In this document: in pieces, positions 43,229-59,870 of the stretch
Numbering within the stretch: the first letter of the stretch is position 1
How the letters are laid out: each line of letters starts with the position of its first letter
Assembly (NCBI GenBank): GCA_964016885.1
Contig: OZ024749.1
Location: 8,122,001 to 8,186,000 of the forward strand
DNA: 64,000 nucleotides
Direction: 5' to 3'
Source of the DNA: Eledone cirrhosa
Taxonomy: Eukaryota
Translations under genes and position numbers: made by a program
Notes under the pieces: model-generated
Databases searched by the model: none
Seen by the model: only the letters and a program-made list of their open reading frames with translations
What the model was told of the DNA's origin: nothing

Positions 43229-43287
43229 ATTTTATCTGATGAGGGCGTACCAAAGTTTTGGTACCCTTGAAATATATATAATAGAAT
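43229..43287 (+). ncRNA. Type I hammerhead ribozyme, family F2
   Basis: CTGATGA-ggg c gtacca aagttt tggtac cctt-GAAA-T atat ATA. Stem II changes relative to family F preserve pairing. Confidence 0.83.
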
Positions 43288-43359
43288 AAATAGGGTTTTA
43301 TTAATATAGTTTCCATTTATTAATATCTTTGATTTAGATATATATATGTGTGTGTGTGT

Positions 43360-43460
<101 letters not shown>

Positions 43461-43783
43461 TGTGTGTATGTGTGTGTGTGTGTGTGTGTATATTCACACA
43501 TATATATATATTTACATTAAATGATGCATCTGTAGTCATGCACATACGGCTACAAAAATATGCACACAATTGCAACATTTCTCTCTCTCTCTCGCTCTCT
43601 CTCTCTCTCCACACGCGTACACTAATACACACACACGGACGCGTACTCTAATACACACGCACGAACACTCACACACATATATACACACATAAACGCAAAC
43701 CTGCATGCACATACAGAGCAACACTCACACAGACACTTATAAATAAATACGCAAAATATATACGTATACATGTATATTTATGC

Positions 43784-43824
<41 letters not shown>

Positions 43825-43898
43825 CACACACAGACACATAATATATGATCTATATATATACACACTACACACAAAGGGAAGCACGCTAACACACGTAT

Positions 43899-43937
<39 letters not shown>

Positions 43938-44603
43938 TATATATATATATATCTTCAGAAGTATTTAAAAAAAAGGTAGAATCAAATTTAATAAAAAGCA
44001 AATAATTACGACAAGATTTCTCACTATTCATGTACTATTACATCTTTAACTGGAACAGAAGTTCTCTTTGAAGTTCGATCATCGATCTAACCTAATTCTT
44101 TCATCAATAACAATCGTGGACTTAATCTGCAAATTACTAGATTCTTTGTTTATATTTTGCTGTATTTTTTAGTCAAAATATTTCTAATTATTGTATTTAT
44201 TCTTGTAATTTGGTTAAATTCTCAGACATTGCAATAGAAAGGTGAGAATTCACCTGTTCTACGTTCTCTCAATTAATTGAGGGTTTTATTTGCTTGATTA
44301 TCTTTATCTTTAACTGATTTCACCCATTTGAGAGCGGCCACGCTGGGGCACAGTCTTTTTATATATATATTTATTTTTACTTATTTATTCATTCATATTT
44401 CAGATTTTTTAAAGTGGTAGTAGGTTTGTTTCTCTGGGAGGTTATTTTTAAATTCTTGCTCTCTCACTCTCTCTCTATATATATATAGGGTTTCTAATTA
44501 AACCCTTTACTTTCCCCTGATCCTCTGAGGAGCCCAACATGGGCGTAACATGTGTTAGAGCTTCTTATAAATATATTTTAACGGTTTGCTTCTCTTTCTT
44601 CAA

Positions 44604-44674
<71 letters not shown>

Positions 44675-45263
44675 AAACGAAAAATCAGTGATGCATCTGG
44701 ACTCAGTTTATTGTGTGTTACAATTGTTTCGCCGGCAGATAGCTCGAGACACGATCATTATACGGATCTGCCTGATTCCAGATGTGCAGGTTTTTCGGAC
44801 ACATGCAATACTTTCGGAACAAAATTTCTTACTGGGGTGTTAGCTTCAAAAAACATCTTCCTCTCTTGTCTTGCTATTGGCCGTTGTTTTTCTACGTCAT
44901 CATAAATTCTGGTCAATATTTGCTGCCATACTGTCCATCAGCTACTCTCCGTCCGACACACTTCAATGAACTCATGCTGGGTTTGGTATTTCACAAGTCG
45001 GCTCACACACACATATATACACACACATATACACACACATATATACACACACATACAGACACACACACATATATACATACGCATACAGACACACGCGCAC
45101 GCATACATATATACGCATACACATATGAACACACACATATGTACATATACACACCCATATACATATACACACACACACTCACATATATATATGACTATTC
45201 AAATAGCACTCACAACATTAAGTTCTTGTCTGAATATGTCACTATTTGTAAACCAACTTTTGT

Positions 45264-45322
45264 ATTTTATCTGATGAGGGCGTACCTAAATGTTGGTACC
45301 CTTGAAATATATATAATAAAAT
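45264..45322 (+). ncRNA. Type I hammerhead ribozyme, family F2
   Basis: attttat-CTGATGA-gggcgtacc taaatgtt ggtaccctt-GAAA-T atat ATA-ataaaat. Confidence 0.83.
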
Positions 45323-46047
45323 AAATATCGTTTGATAAAGATAGCATCCATTTATTAATATTATATATATATATAATAAAGTACCAGTAATGCACTGGGT
45401 AATTGCTGGCCTTGTGCCTAAAGTAGAAATAATTAATATTATATATATATACTCTCTCTATATATATATAAGTCCTCGTTTAATTGCATATTGTGGATAA
45501 CAGTCTTTATCCATAGACCGTTATATAATCATCGCCCGACTCCCTGAGGGAGGTCAGTGCTGTATACTCTGTGCTAAGTCGCTAGATGTCAGACAGAATG
45601 CTTTGCGATTCCGGTATAGGTTCTTCGTTCTAAGTTTACATCCTGTCAAGTTCTAAATAGCACCTTTTATCTGTTGTCAGTCCTTCATTTACATATTATA
45701 CATAGCCGATCTTTCGGACTTTTACAAAGCGTTGAGAAGATAAAGTTGACAGAAAGAATGATGTGCTCATGCGTGGAGATGCGATGAAATAGATTATAGA
45801 ATAGGGTGAAGACTCTTAAAGACGGAAAAACAAGTTGCCATGTAAAGAATTGAACCCTATAACTCCCAGATACCGACTAGGTGATTTAAGCCAGTAAACC
45901 AAGAGACCGTAACAACACTTACTGTCCTTAATTAGATATATTGCTTTCAAATGTCAACAAACATCGTGTATATATAGACGATCTCTAGGACTTTTACAAA
46001 GTGCTGAGAAGATAAAGAATGACCACATCGTTCTTTATATTAATAAT

Positions 46048-46231
46048 TGTTTCTACTTTAGGCACAAGGCCAGCAATTACCCAGTGCATTACTGGTACTT
46101 TATTTTATCGACCCCGTAAGGATGAAAGGCAGAGTCAACTTCGGCGGGATTTGAACTCAGATCGTAAAGGGACGTAACTATGCTGGAAAGCATGGCGTCC
46201 GACCCTCTACCGATACTGCCAATCCACCGCC
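46048..46231 (-). mobile_element. Full-length young SINE family 1 with a 15-bp TSD
   Basis: ctttatattaataat at 46033-46047 and 46232-46246. Confidence 0.94.
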
Positions 46232-46288
46232 CTTTATATTAATAATACAGGGATTTAAACAAACTAGAATGTTTTACAACACGTTGAC

Positions 46289-46368
<80 letters not shown>

Positions 46369-48209
46369 TGTGTATGTGTGTGTGTGTGTGCGCGTGTGTG
46401 CATATGCATACCTTTATATGTATGAGTATATAAATATGAACGCGCAAAGACGCAGTTAGAAAAATACACACTCACGGACATAGATTCACTCAAACACACA
46501 CATAGATACATTCACACAAACACACACAGATACATTTACACAAACACATATACACATACAGTCACACACAGCGTAGCAAATGGAACGCCAACTGCCGTTT
46601 TGATATAGTTTCTTCACCATCACCTTCCGTCCTTCTACACACGCATTCACGCGCGCGCGCGCACGCGCACACACACACACACACTCACACCCACACACAT
46701 ACTCACACACACACACTCATACACACTCACACACACACACTCACACACGCACACATACTCACACACACATTGTGTGACGGACGGAAGTCGCTCAATTTTA
46801 TATATAGATAGACGTCAATTTAAAATCATTGAATAACTTGCACAAAGTTCAGTTATTTTGGCAACGGTTGTTTAAAAACAAGGGCTAACTATTTTTATTG
46901 TACTCAACATGTTAGCAGTATCTTTCAGAAGCAGTTCCTTACTATCAGATAAAATACCTGTTCTCTTCCATACCACAATTCGACAATTGTGTACTCAAAA
47001 TCAGAAAAACAATAATACAATTAAGCGAAATGATGTAATTTACATATGCAATTAATCGATAATTATGTTAATCATTTTTACATAAATCTGATTACTACAA
47101 TGTCAGAAAATTGACAGACACGTTGAGAATTATCCGAATAGAACAAAAGTATATACACCGATGAACAGTTATCCGAAACAGCGTAACTAGAGTGTATATA
47201 AGATTAAAGCTAACATAAATAACATAATTACCAGAAGAGAACATCAATTAGACTTAGGTTTACAGGGAGAAGTAATATCAGAATGTGCTTTAACAACAAT
47301 TCTGTGATTGTAGGAACCTGTAATTCCTGTTGGGGCTGTTATGGCACTGTAGCTACATACAGACCCCGTTTGGGGGCATTTTAATATTGGCAGAACCTTC
47401 CATTTTCTAGGTTTCTATATAGACACTTTCATCCAGAAGAGAGAGAGAGAGAGAGAAAGAGAGAGGGAGAGAGGGAGAGAGAAAGAGAGAGGGTGGGAAG
47501 AAAGAGAGATAGAGAGTGGGAGAGAGAAAGAGAGAGGGTGTGTGTGTCTGTGAGTGTGTGTGTGTGAGAGAGTGTGTGTGTGTGTGTGTGTGTGAGTATA
47601 TGTATGTGCACGTGTGTATGTGTGTGTGAGAGAGATAGAGAGAGAGAATGTGCGTGTGTCTGTGAGTGTGTGTGTGTGTCAGAGATAATGTGTGGGTGTG
47701 TGCTTGTGAGTGTCTGTGTGTGTGTGAGAGAGTGTGTGTGTGTGAGAGAGAGTGTGTGTGTGTGAGAGAGAGAGTGTGTGTGAGTGTGTGTGTGAGTATA
47801 TGTGTGTGTGGGTATGTATGTGTGTGTGTGAGAGAGAGGGAGAGAGAGAAAGTGTGTGTGTGTCTGTGTGTCTGTGAGAGGGAAAGAGTGCGTACGCGTG
47901 AATGCGTGTGTTTGTGTGTGTGAGGGTGGTGAGGGAGAAAGATTGTGTTGTGAGTGTCGGTGTGTATGTCTGCGCGCGTGTGAGTGTGCGTTTATGTCCG
48001 TGTATTTATATATATGTGTGTGTGTGTGTGTGTGTTTATGTCCGTGTATTTATATGTGTGTGTGTGATAGGAAGGAAGTGATAAAGAAGAAGATTCAACC
48101 TCAGTACTTGTATGTTACAATATTATAGAACTCGATATGATGAAAGGTAGATTGGTCTCAATGGTTCTTGAACTCAGAGGGCAGTGAGACGGAATGTATA
48201 CTGCAAGGT

Positions 48210-48500
48210 CTTCTACCAGACGTTCTAACAACCCTACCTTCTACCAGACGTTCTAACAACCCTACCTTCTACCAGACGTTCTAACGACTCTACCAGACGT
48301 TCTAACTAATCTACCTTCTAGCAGACGTTCTAACAACTCTGTCTTCTCCCAGACGTTCTAATGACTCTGTCATCTACCAGACGTTCTAACGACTCTACCT
48401 TCTACCAGATGTTCTAATGAATGCCATCTACCAGATGTTCCAACCACTCTACCAGACGTTCCAATCCCTCTGCTTTCTATTAGATGTTCTAACGGCTCTG
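48210..48500. repeat. Degenerate 20-28-bp tandem repeat (ctaccagacgttctaac...) between diverged SINE copies
   Basis: Directly visible. SINE remnants lie at about 48100-48230 and 48525-48720 on the minus strand. Confidence 0.85.
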
Positions 48501-49059
48501 CCTGTTCATTGCCTTTTACCAACAATGGTTTCTGATTTAGGCAGAAGTCCACCAATTTTGGAGAGGAAAGTCAATTAAATCGACCCAGTGCATTACTGGT
48601 ATTTTATTTTATCGACCCCGTAAGGATGAAAGCATAGCTAACTTTGGTGGGATTTGAACTCAGAACTTAAAGGGACATAACTCTATACCGCAAAGTTGGG
48701 TATCCGATGCTCTACCGATTACCTATGATATATCCCATTCGACGGAAAATTCGCAGAGTCGTTCGAAAGTCGGATGGAATTCTTTGAAGTACAAATGTCG
48801 GCTGTCTATAGTCTGTGTTGAAATTGTGACGAGAACAAACTTAACCTTCCACCTCTCGATGTCGATAAAAAAGAAGCACACTAGTCCTGGGGTCAATATG
48901 TCTGCTATAGCTCTTTCTCACTTTCTCACTATCACATTGTCGCTTTCATTGGAAAACATGGGCAGTGTTCAAACCTGGAGAGGGGATGGGCTCTGCCAGG
49001 TTTACACATACCCAAGATACATGGTATGTCACTATGGTATCTCTCCCACTCCATCCATC

Positions 49060-50045
49060 CATGCATACATACATACATACATACATACATACATACATAC
49101 ATACATGGTGGCTGCCAACTCGTTTTCGAGTACGGCCACTACTTTATATCCATGTAGGAGAACCCCTACCGATGCGCTGAACGAGTGTGACTTTTTAGTC
49201 CAGCCAGCGACTTGAAAACTCTGGTACAAACACTACACTTGTGACAATTACTGACACATAGTGCTGGGCCCATGGTACCATGTGACGACAAGTGCAGAGA
49301 GATCTCCAGATATAAAGCAATGCCTGTGCCGTGAAGCTTTTATAGTGAGCAAAGGCACTGCACAAAGCCAGTCCCACTCTCTTAACCAAGATGATATTTA
49401 CCAAAAAGAAGAACAAGTCAACATCATTGGATACCATCAGGGTTGCAGGTGTTATATCAGAGTTTTCCTTCTCCTAGAATTCTGCCTTGACAAAGGCTAA
49501 GGGGTCATACATACATACATACATACATACATACATACATACATACATACATACATACATACATACATACGTGATGAAGGTCGTATGCTCCATACAAAGC
49601 TTGACCACTTCTTGCAGTTTATGTCTATTCCTTTCTGGTATGAGATCTCAAAGGGCTTTCAGTCCTGAAAGCCTGTGAAAGAAACGTCCATAAAGAATAC
49701 ATACATACATGATGAAGGCTGCAATTCGATGTCGAGAAATGCCATCGCTTGATATTTAAGTATGAACATCAAGGACGTGGCTTTTCAGTCCTGATAGGGC
49801 CTTGCCTGTGGCCAGCAATACTATGAATTGCAAAAATGTCTTATATCAAGCGATGCCTATGCTTGAAAATTGTTAAATGAGGAAAAGCTTTGCACAGAGC
49901 TAATCCCACTCTCTGAACATCGAAAGCATTTGCTCAAAATGTAGAACTGGTCTACATCATTTGATACAAACAAAAATGCAGGTTATATATCAAAGTTACC
50001 TTCTCCTAGAGAGATGTCTTCATGATGACTAGGAGCCTCTCGCTC
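49060..50045 (-). mobile_element. Tandem cluster of short elements with (TATG)n tails, possibly RTE-derived and non-autonomous
   Basis: Each minus-strand unit ends in (TATG)n. Two carry ctaggagaagg[a/t]aact.tgatat at the far end, a motif I associate with RTE 5' UTRs. Confidence 0.55.
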
Positions 50046-50185
50046 AACAATATATATATATATGTATAACTAGGAACGAGTAGGACCCCGACGGCTGAGA
50101 CCAAGCCGTTTCGACGGCTAATTCTAAACTATATGTATATATATATATGTATATGTATATATATATATATGTATATATATATATG

Positions 50186-50234
<49 letters not shown>

Positions 50235-50317
50235 ATATATATATCTATATATATCTATATATATATGTATATATATATATATATCTATATATATATGTAT
50301 ATATATATATCTATATA

Positions 50318-50458
<141 letters not shown>

Positions 50459-50459
50459 G

Positions 50460-50490
<31 letters not shown>

Positions 50491-50525
50491 GTATATATAT
50501 ATATGTATATATATGTATATATATA

Positions 50526-50630
<105 letters not shown>

Positions 50631-50642
50631 GTATATATATAC

Positions 50643-50743
<101 letters not shown>

Positions 50744-50826
50744 GGAGGTGAGTTTTATTGTAGTACAATAAAGCAATGCAGATATCGGATAAGAAGCACT
50801 CTACAGTTTGTAGGACTGGAGTATAC

Positions 50827-52401
50827 ATAATATATAAGATCAAAAGATGGTTAAAGGAGTTCCATGTATTTTATTATGCGCATTTATGAATGTAAAGTTA
50901 TAACTAGCACCAATTCCTTCACCTATTTTGGCTCCACTTCCACCTCTTTTAAAGCTCGTCTCTATAATCATCATTCATCTTTCAAATACAAACTTAAAAG
51001 AACCAACACTGCTCTCTCAGAACTCATATGGTCCTTGAAAGACAAAAACATTAAATATATCATCTTTTGGAAGAAGGTTTCTTCTGCGTCCTCATACTTG
51101 AACAGGTCTCTATCTAAAATCTGTAATCTCTGCCTAAATGAAAAATTTACCATTATCTCTAATCTAGATTCTATAATAAATAGACGTACAGATTTGTTTT
51201 CTATCTGCTTGCATAAATTCCATAGGACTTTTCACAAAGTATACAGCTAATATTCAATTCTTTATCAATCTAGAATCTTTTCTCAAAGGCACATATACAT
51301 ACACCTCTTTTAAAATATACCCATCTTCCTACCTTACTTCAAAGGGTATTATACACTCTATAATACTTGTTTACTCATTACCCTCATTCTATCTTCACCT
51401 TGTAAAATCCTTCATAACATATACATTTGTTTTTTTGACGATAGATTATTCATCCTTAATTTATTATTTTTTTCTCCCCATCATCTAACTCATTCTTAAT
51501 ACATATTAACTCTTTCTTCGCACATATTATCAATTCCTTCAATATACAAACCTTAACTTCACATTATTTTTCTCAAATCCTTCAATACACAAACCTTAAT
51601 AATTTTTTAATACAAATTAACTCTTTCTTCGCACATATGATCAATTCCTTCAATATACAAACCTTAACTTCACATTATTTTTCTCAAATCCTTCAATACA
51701 CAAACCTTAATAATTTTTCCTCTTCGTTAATTTTGAAATTGCCATAATACTTATAAACATACACCCTTTTTTTTTACGTTAGAATATTCATCCGCAATTA
51801 TTATTTTTTCTCTCTATCATCAAACTTTTCAATCTCAATACATATTAACTCCCTCTCCTTCCTCGTACATATTTTTTTTTCCCTTCGTTAATTTTCAAAT
51901 TCTTTTAATTTATGCATTTTCTTCCAACGGTTTTCAACCTCTCTATGTAAAACAATATATCTTTTCTCAGTTATAAAAACTATCTCTTTCTCTCTATCAC
52001 CCATCTCTCCCTCTCCACCTTTACTCTCATCTCCTCCCCTTTTTTCATCCCCCCCCCCCTCTCTAAATAAAATATTTTTCCTCGTACATATTTTTTTCCC
52101 TTCGTTAATTTTCAAATTCTTTTTTATCCTTTCCACCCCCCTTTCCACCCCCCTTTCCACCCCCCTTTCCACCACCCCTCTCTAAATAAAATATTTTTCC
52201 CAATATCACACATCAATCTAAAACTACTTTTCATATGTTGATTTAAAACTGCACTATCCACAAGTGTTTTTTAGCCTTCATATCATGTCCTCCTGTTTTA
52301 TCTGATGAAAACACAAATATTATTGCATGATGATGTTTGTTTTTAAAATGCGCATAATAAAATACATGGAACTCCTTTAACCATCTTTTGATCTTATATA
52401 T

Positions 52402-52404
<3 letters not shown>
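50827..52404 (+). mobile_element. 5'-truncated PLE: GIY-YIG remnant, 3' UTR and pLTR, with an inverted pLTR tip at the 5' junction
   Basis: ORF 50864-51250 contains IYECKV..TYFGST.TSFKARLYNH..SF, T.LS..IW.LK, CNLCLNEK and INRR.DL...C.H. 50827-50885 is the reverse complement of 52346-52404. Confidence 0.9.
52296..52362 (+). ncRNA. pLTR hammerhead with GAAA changed to AAAA
   Basis: ttttat-CTGATGA-...acaaatattat/atgatgtttgt...-AAAA-T gcgc ATA-ataaaa. Confidence 0.65.
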
Positions 52405-52432
<28 letters not shown>

Positions 52433-52439
52433 GTATATA

Positions 52440-52502
<63 letters not shown>

Positions 52503-52547
52503 GTGTATATCTATATATATATATGTATATATATATATATGTATATA

Positions 52548-52604
<57 letters not shown>

Positions 52605-52611
52605 GTATATC

Positions 52612-52643
<32 letters not shown>

Positions 52644-52917
52644 GACAGGGGGGGAAGAAAAAATGGCTTCACTTGTGCTTTCAAGAAATTTATTTTCTTC
52701 ACAAAATCCAAGAATTTTTTTCCGGATTAGAAAACATTTTTTTCTTAAAAAAAATTATTTTATAAATTAAGTTGTTGGTTGTTGGTTAGAAGTTCTTGGT
52801 TAACGTAGGAGGTATTGTTTCGTTTTTAGAACGACCTTTCACGCTGAGGTGCGCTTGTCAAACTGATGTGTATGTGGTGTGTTGTTCTATATATAGGGAT
52901 TTAACATGTCTGTGGTG

Positions 52918-53002
<85 letters not shown>

Positions 53003-53053
53003 CGAAAGAAATGTGGTCCAGAATTAGCCGTCGAAACGTCCTACTCGTTCCTA

Positions 53054-53084
<31 letters not shown>

Positions 53085-53085
<1 letters not shown>

Positions 53086-53385
53086 TTTCTGATTTTTTCC
53101 AATTTATCCAATATCTCTGAAGAAGTGACAACTGATTATACATTTGCTATCGAATACTTGCTAACATTATATGATTACGCAAGCAGCGATACATATATAT
53201 TCCGTATGTTACAGAAACATATGTCAATACCTAATAAATTCCTCCATGAAAGCACTTTAATTTTACATTCATCTTTTCTACATTTTCTCCGGAATATAAT
53301 TTATACTCGTTGAGCAAACCTACACGTACGCTGTTCATCTCTAACGTGACGATATATTATCACTACATTATTGATAACTTGAAAT

Positions 53386-53387
<2 letters not shown>
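53085..53387 (+). mobile_element. Solo pLTR fragment of the 59-63.5 kb PLE family
   Basis: Near-identical to 63243-63516 and to the reverse complement of 62239-62545. Flanked by (TA)n. Confidence 0.9.
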
Positions 53388-53466
<79 letters not shown>

Positions 53467-53498
53467 GTGTGTGTGTGTATATATATGTATATATATAA

Positions 53499-53637
<139 letters not shown>

Positions 53638-53685
53638 AACATGTATATATGTATGTATATATATATATATAAACATGTATATATG

Positions 53686-53717
<32 letters not shown>

Positions 53718-53727
53718 TATAAATATG

Positions 53728-53778
<51 letters not shown>

Positions 53779-53859
53779 ATGTATATATATATGTATATAT
53801 ATATATATATATATAAATATGTATATATATATATATATATAAACATGTATATATATATG

Positions 53860-53895
<36 letters not shown>

Positions 53896-53932
53896 AACAT
53901 GTATATATATGTATATATATATATATATATAA

Positions 53933-53978
<46 letters not shown>

Positions 53979-54051
53979 GTATATATATATATAAACATGT
54001 ATATATATATATATATAAACATGTATATATATATATATAAACATGTATATA

Positions 54052-54163
<112 letters not shown>

Positions 54164-54337
54164 GAGTTATGTTGGTTGTATACCAACACCTCAGTATGCA
54201 GGCTGGAGTACTCGACGAAGATATGACTCCAGTTCCCCAGTGAAACAACAACCCAACCAGGAACTGGGCAGATCAGAGTATTGACAATATCATACACCTA
54301 AACAACATATGTACTTGTCTATACCATACTAATTCAA

Positions 54338-54392
54338 ACTGCCTGAAGAGGTCACAGCCAAAGATGGCTGTCACTGAAATATATATAGCAGT
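54338..54392 (+). ncRNA. Type I hammerhead ribozyme, family A (complete)
   Basis: actgc-CTGAAGA-ggt c acagcca aaga tggctgt c act-GAAA-T atat ATA-gcagt. Confidence 0.85.
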
Positions 54393-54437
54393 AATAAACG
54401 AAGCTAAATTTTAATCATTTGACTTTTATTTAACTTT

Positions 54438-54499
<62 letters not shown>

Positions 54500-54531
54500 T
54501 GTATATATATAAACATGTATATATATATGTA

Positions 54532-54613
<82 letters not shown>

Positions 54614-54633
54614 TGTATATATATATAAACATG

Positions 54634-54667
<34 letters not shown>

Positions 54668-54679
54668 TAAACATGTATA

Positions 54680-54723
<44 letters not shown>

Positions 54724-54762
54724 TGTATATATATATAAACATGTATATATATATGTGTATAG

Positions 54763-54815
<53 letters not shown>

Positions 54816-55529
54816 TAAAAATGTTTATATATATATATAAAAATGTATATATATATATATAAAAATGTATATATATATATATATATAAATATGTATATAT
54901 ATATATATAAATATGTATATATATATATAAAAATGTATATATATATATATATATATAAATATGTATATATATATGTATATATAAATATGTATATATATAT
55001 GTATATATAAATATGTATATATATATATGTATATAAATATGTATATATATATGTATATATAAATATGTATATATATATGTATATATAAATATGTATATAT
55101 AAATATGTATATATTAAAGTGAATACAATTCTCTTTATTTTTCAATTCACGTACCACCGTTGCGAAACGGATTTAGGTTTCGAGGTTCAGAGCAGGTTTG
55201 GATTTTGAAATTTAAATTTGTCCAGGAACCATGGCCTTTGCCAATATAAGCTTGTCTTTATTGACTTATATCGAGACAGACAAATTGTATTCACTTTAAT
55301 TAGTTTATTTCATTAATAGCTAACTTTGTCTGTTACAATGCAAACACGTTTTGTGTTTATCATATATTTTAATGTATTTAACTGCTCGGAAATGCCCCTT
55401 TTCTTGGAGCTGGATTATTGTAAACGACTGAGAGTTTATTCTCAAAATATAATATAGTATATATTTATATATATATATACATATACATATATGTATATAT
55501 ATGTATATATATATATATATAGAAATATA

Positions 55530-55599
<70 letters not shown>

Positions 55600-55702
55600 T
55601 GTATATATATATATGTATATATATATATAAATATATGTATATATATATATGTATATATATATATATAAATATATGTATATATATATGTATATATATATAT
55701 AC

Positions 55703-55774
<72 letters not shown>

Positions 55775-55839
55775 TTGTATATATATATATATACATATAT
55801 ACATATATGTATATATATATATGTATATATACATATATA

Positions 55840-55937
<98 letters not shown>

Positions 55938-55944
55938 TACATAT

Positions 55945-58238
<2,294 letters not shown>

Positions 58239-58289
58239 ATATATATGTATATATATATATACATGTCGGTTGGAAGGTCCCGGATAGTC

Positions 58290-58376
<87 letters not shown>

Positions 58377-58391
58377 CATATATATACATAT

Positions 58392-58423
<32 letters not shown>

Positions 58424-58438
58424 CATATATATACATAT

Positions 58439-58551
<113 letters not shown>

Positions 58552-58554
58552 ATA

Positions 58555-58671
<117 letters not shown>

Positions 58672-58691
58672 TTATATGTGTATATATATAT

Positions 58692-58762
<71 letters not shown>

Positions 58763-58771
58763 TATATATAG

Positions 58772-58819
<48 letters not shown>

Positions 58820-58820
<1 letters not shown>

Positions 58821-59093
58821 GACTATCCGGGACCTTCCAACCGACATGGTTGCATTCTTTTAGGGTATGTCAATATTTGTTTATAAAACTGATCTATATT
58901 ATATTTATTTGATGAAAGCACACCATAATTTGCTTTGGTGTCCTTGAAATATGTATAATGAAATAAATATGGTTTTATAAATATAGTTTCCATTTGTTAA
59001 TATCGTATTTTTACTCCAAACATTTGTTGAGTGCGTTATATTAGTTATAAAAATATTTGCTTGTTGTATCCCAACAAATTAAATATAACTTCT

Positions 59094-59095
<2 letters not shown>
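58820..59095 (+). mobile_element. Family F cassette with HHR at 58902-58964 (TTGATGA core)
   Basis: Homologous to 42824-43098. An inverted tip lies at 58262-58290. Confidence 0.85.
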
Positions 59096-59162
<67 letters not shown>

Positions 59163-59583
59163 GAATATAAAATGAAAGTGCTTTTTTAAAAAGGAATTTA
59201 TTAGGTATTGACATATGTTTCTGTAACAGACGGAATACCTATGTATCGCTGCTTGCGTAATCATATAATGTTAGCAAGTACTCGATACCAAATGTATAAT
59301 CAGTTGTCACTTCTTCAGAGATTTTGGATAAATTGGATAAAATCAGAAAAATTGAAGTATTTATATTAGTAATAGAGGAAGAAGAGAGGGGATAGTATAT
59401 GACAGATGGTAATTCAATTTACTGCTAAACAAGTATATAAAGGGTTTCTAATGAGAATACCATGAGTAAATGATTCATTTTATCTAAATAAGAATTTTTG
59501 GGAGTGCCAATTTTAATCTCTACTTGACCAATTGGACAGTGGACAGGGCTGGTCATTTGGTGTAGTAGTATTAATTATAAAGT

Positions 59584-59633
59584 ACTAGTAATGCACTGTA
59601 CAATTTGCTGGCCTTGTGCCTAAAGTAGAAACA
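59584..59633 (+). mobile_element. 50-bp SINE 3' end inserted into the pLTR with a 17-bp TSD
   Basis: agtattaattataaagt at 59567-59583 and 59634-59650. The empty site is visible in the sister pLTR at 62760-62776. Confidence 0.93.
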
Positions 59634-59870
59634 AGTATTAATTATAAAGTGTCAATTGGGGAAGGGGGAGATTTCGATTGCTACTGAATAACATCAATGC
59701 TAGTAGCCAGCTGGTATATGCATTAGGGAATTGAATTAAGAAATCAGAAATCTCATTTTATCTATAGCAGTTTATATTAAATGGTATATAATAGAAGAGT
59801 TGATAGAATTAAGACTAATAGAGAATGTTAATATCTATTTTGACAATCAAACGGGGATAGAGACAGGCGT

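Noticed and set aside
44520-44562. CTGAGGA-gccc aacat gggc-GTAAC atgt GTT as a hammerhead
   Set aside because: Probably a decayed minimal HHR. The GAAA box is mutated, the triplet is GUU and stem I is only 2 bp, so it was not counted as a feature.
47248-47407. Short minus-strand open frame (KWKVLPILKCPQTGSVCSY...) as a host exon
   Set aside because: No recognisable domain and no convincing splice context. It cannot be supported without transcript data.
49455-49506. Possible HDV-like ribozyme at the RTE-type 5' motif
   Set aside because: RTE 5' UTRs can carry HDV-like ribozymes, but I could not build the nested double pseudoknot from this truncated sequence.
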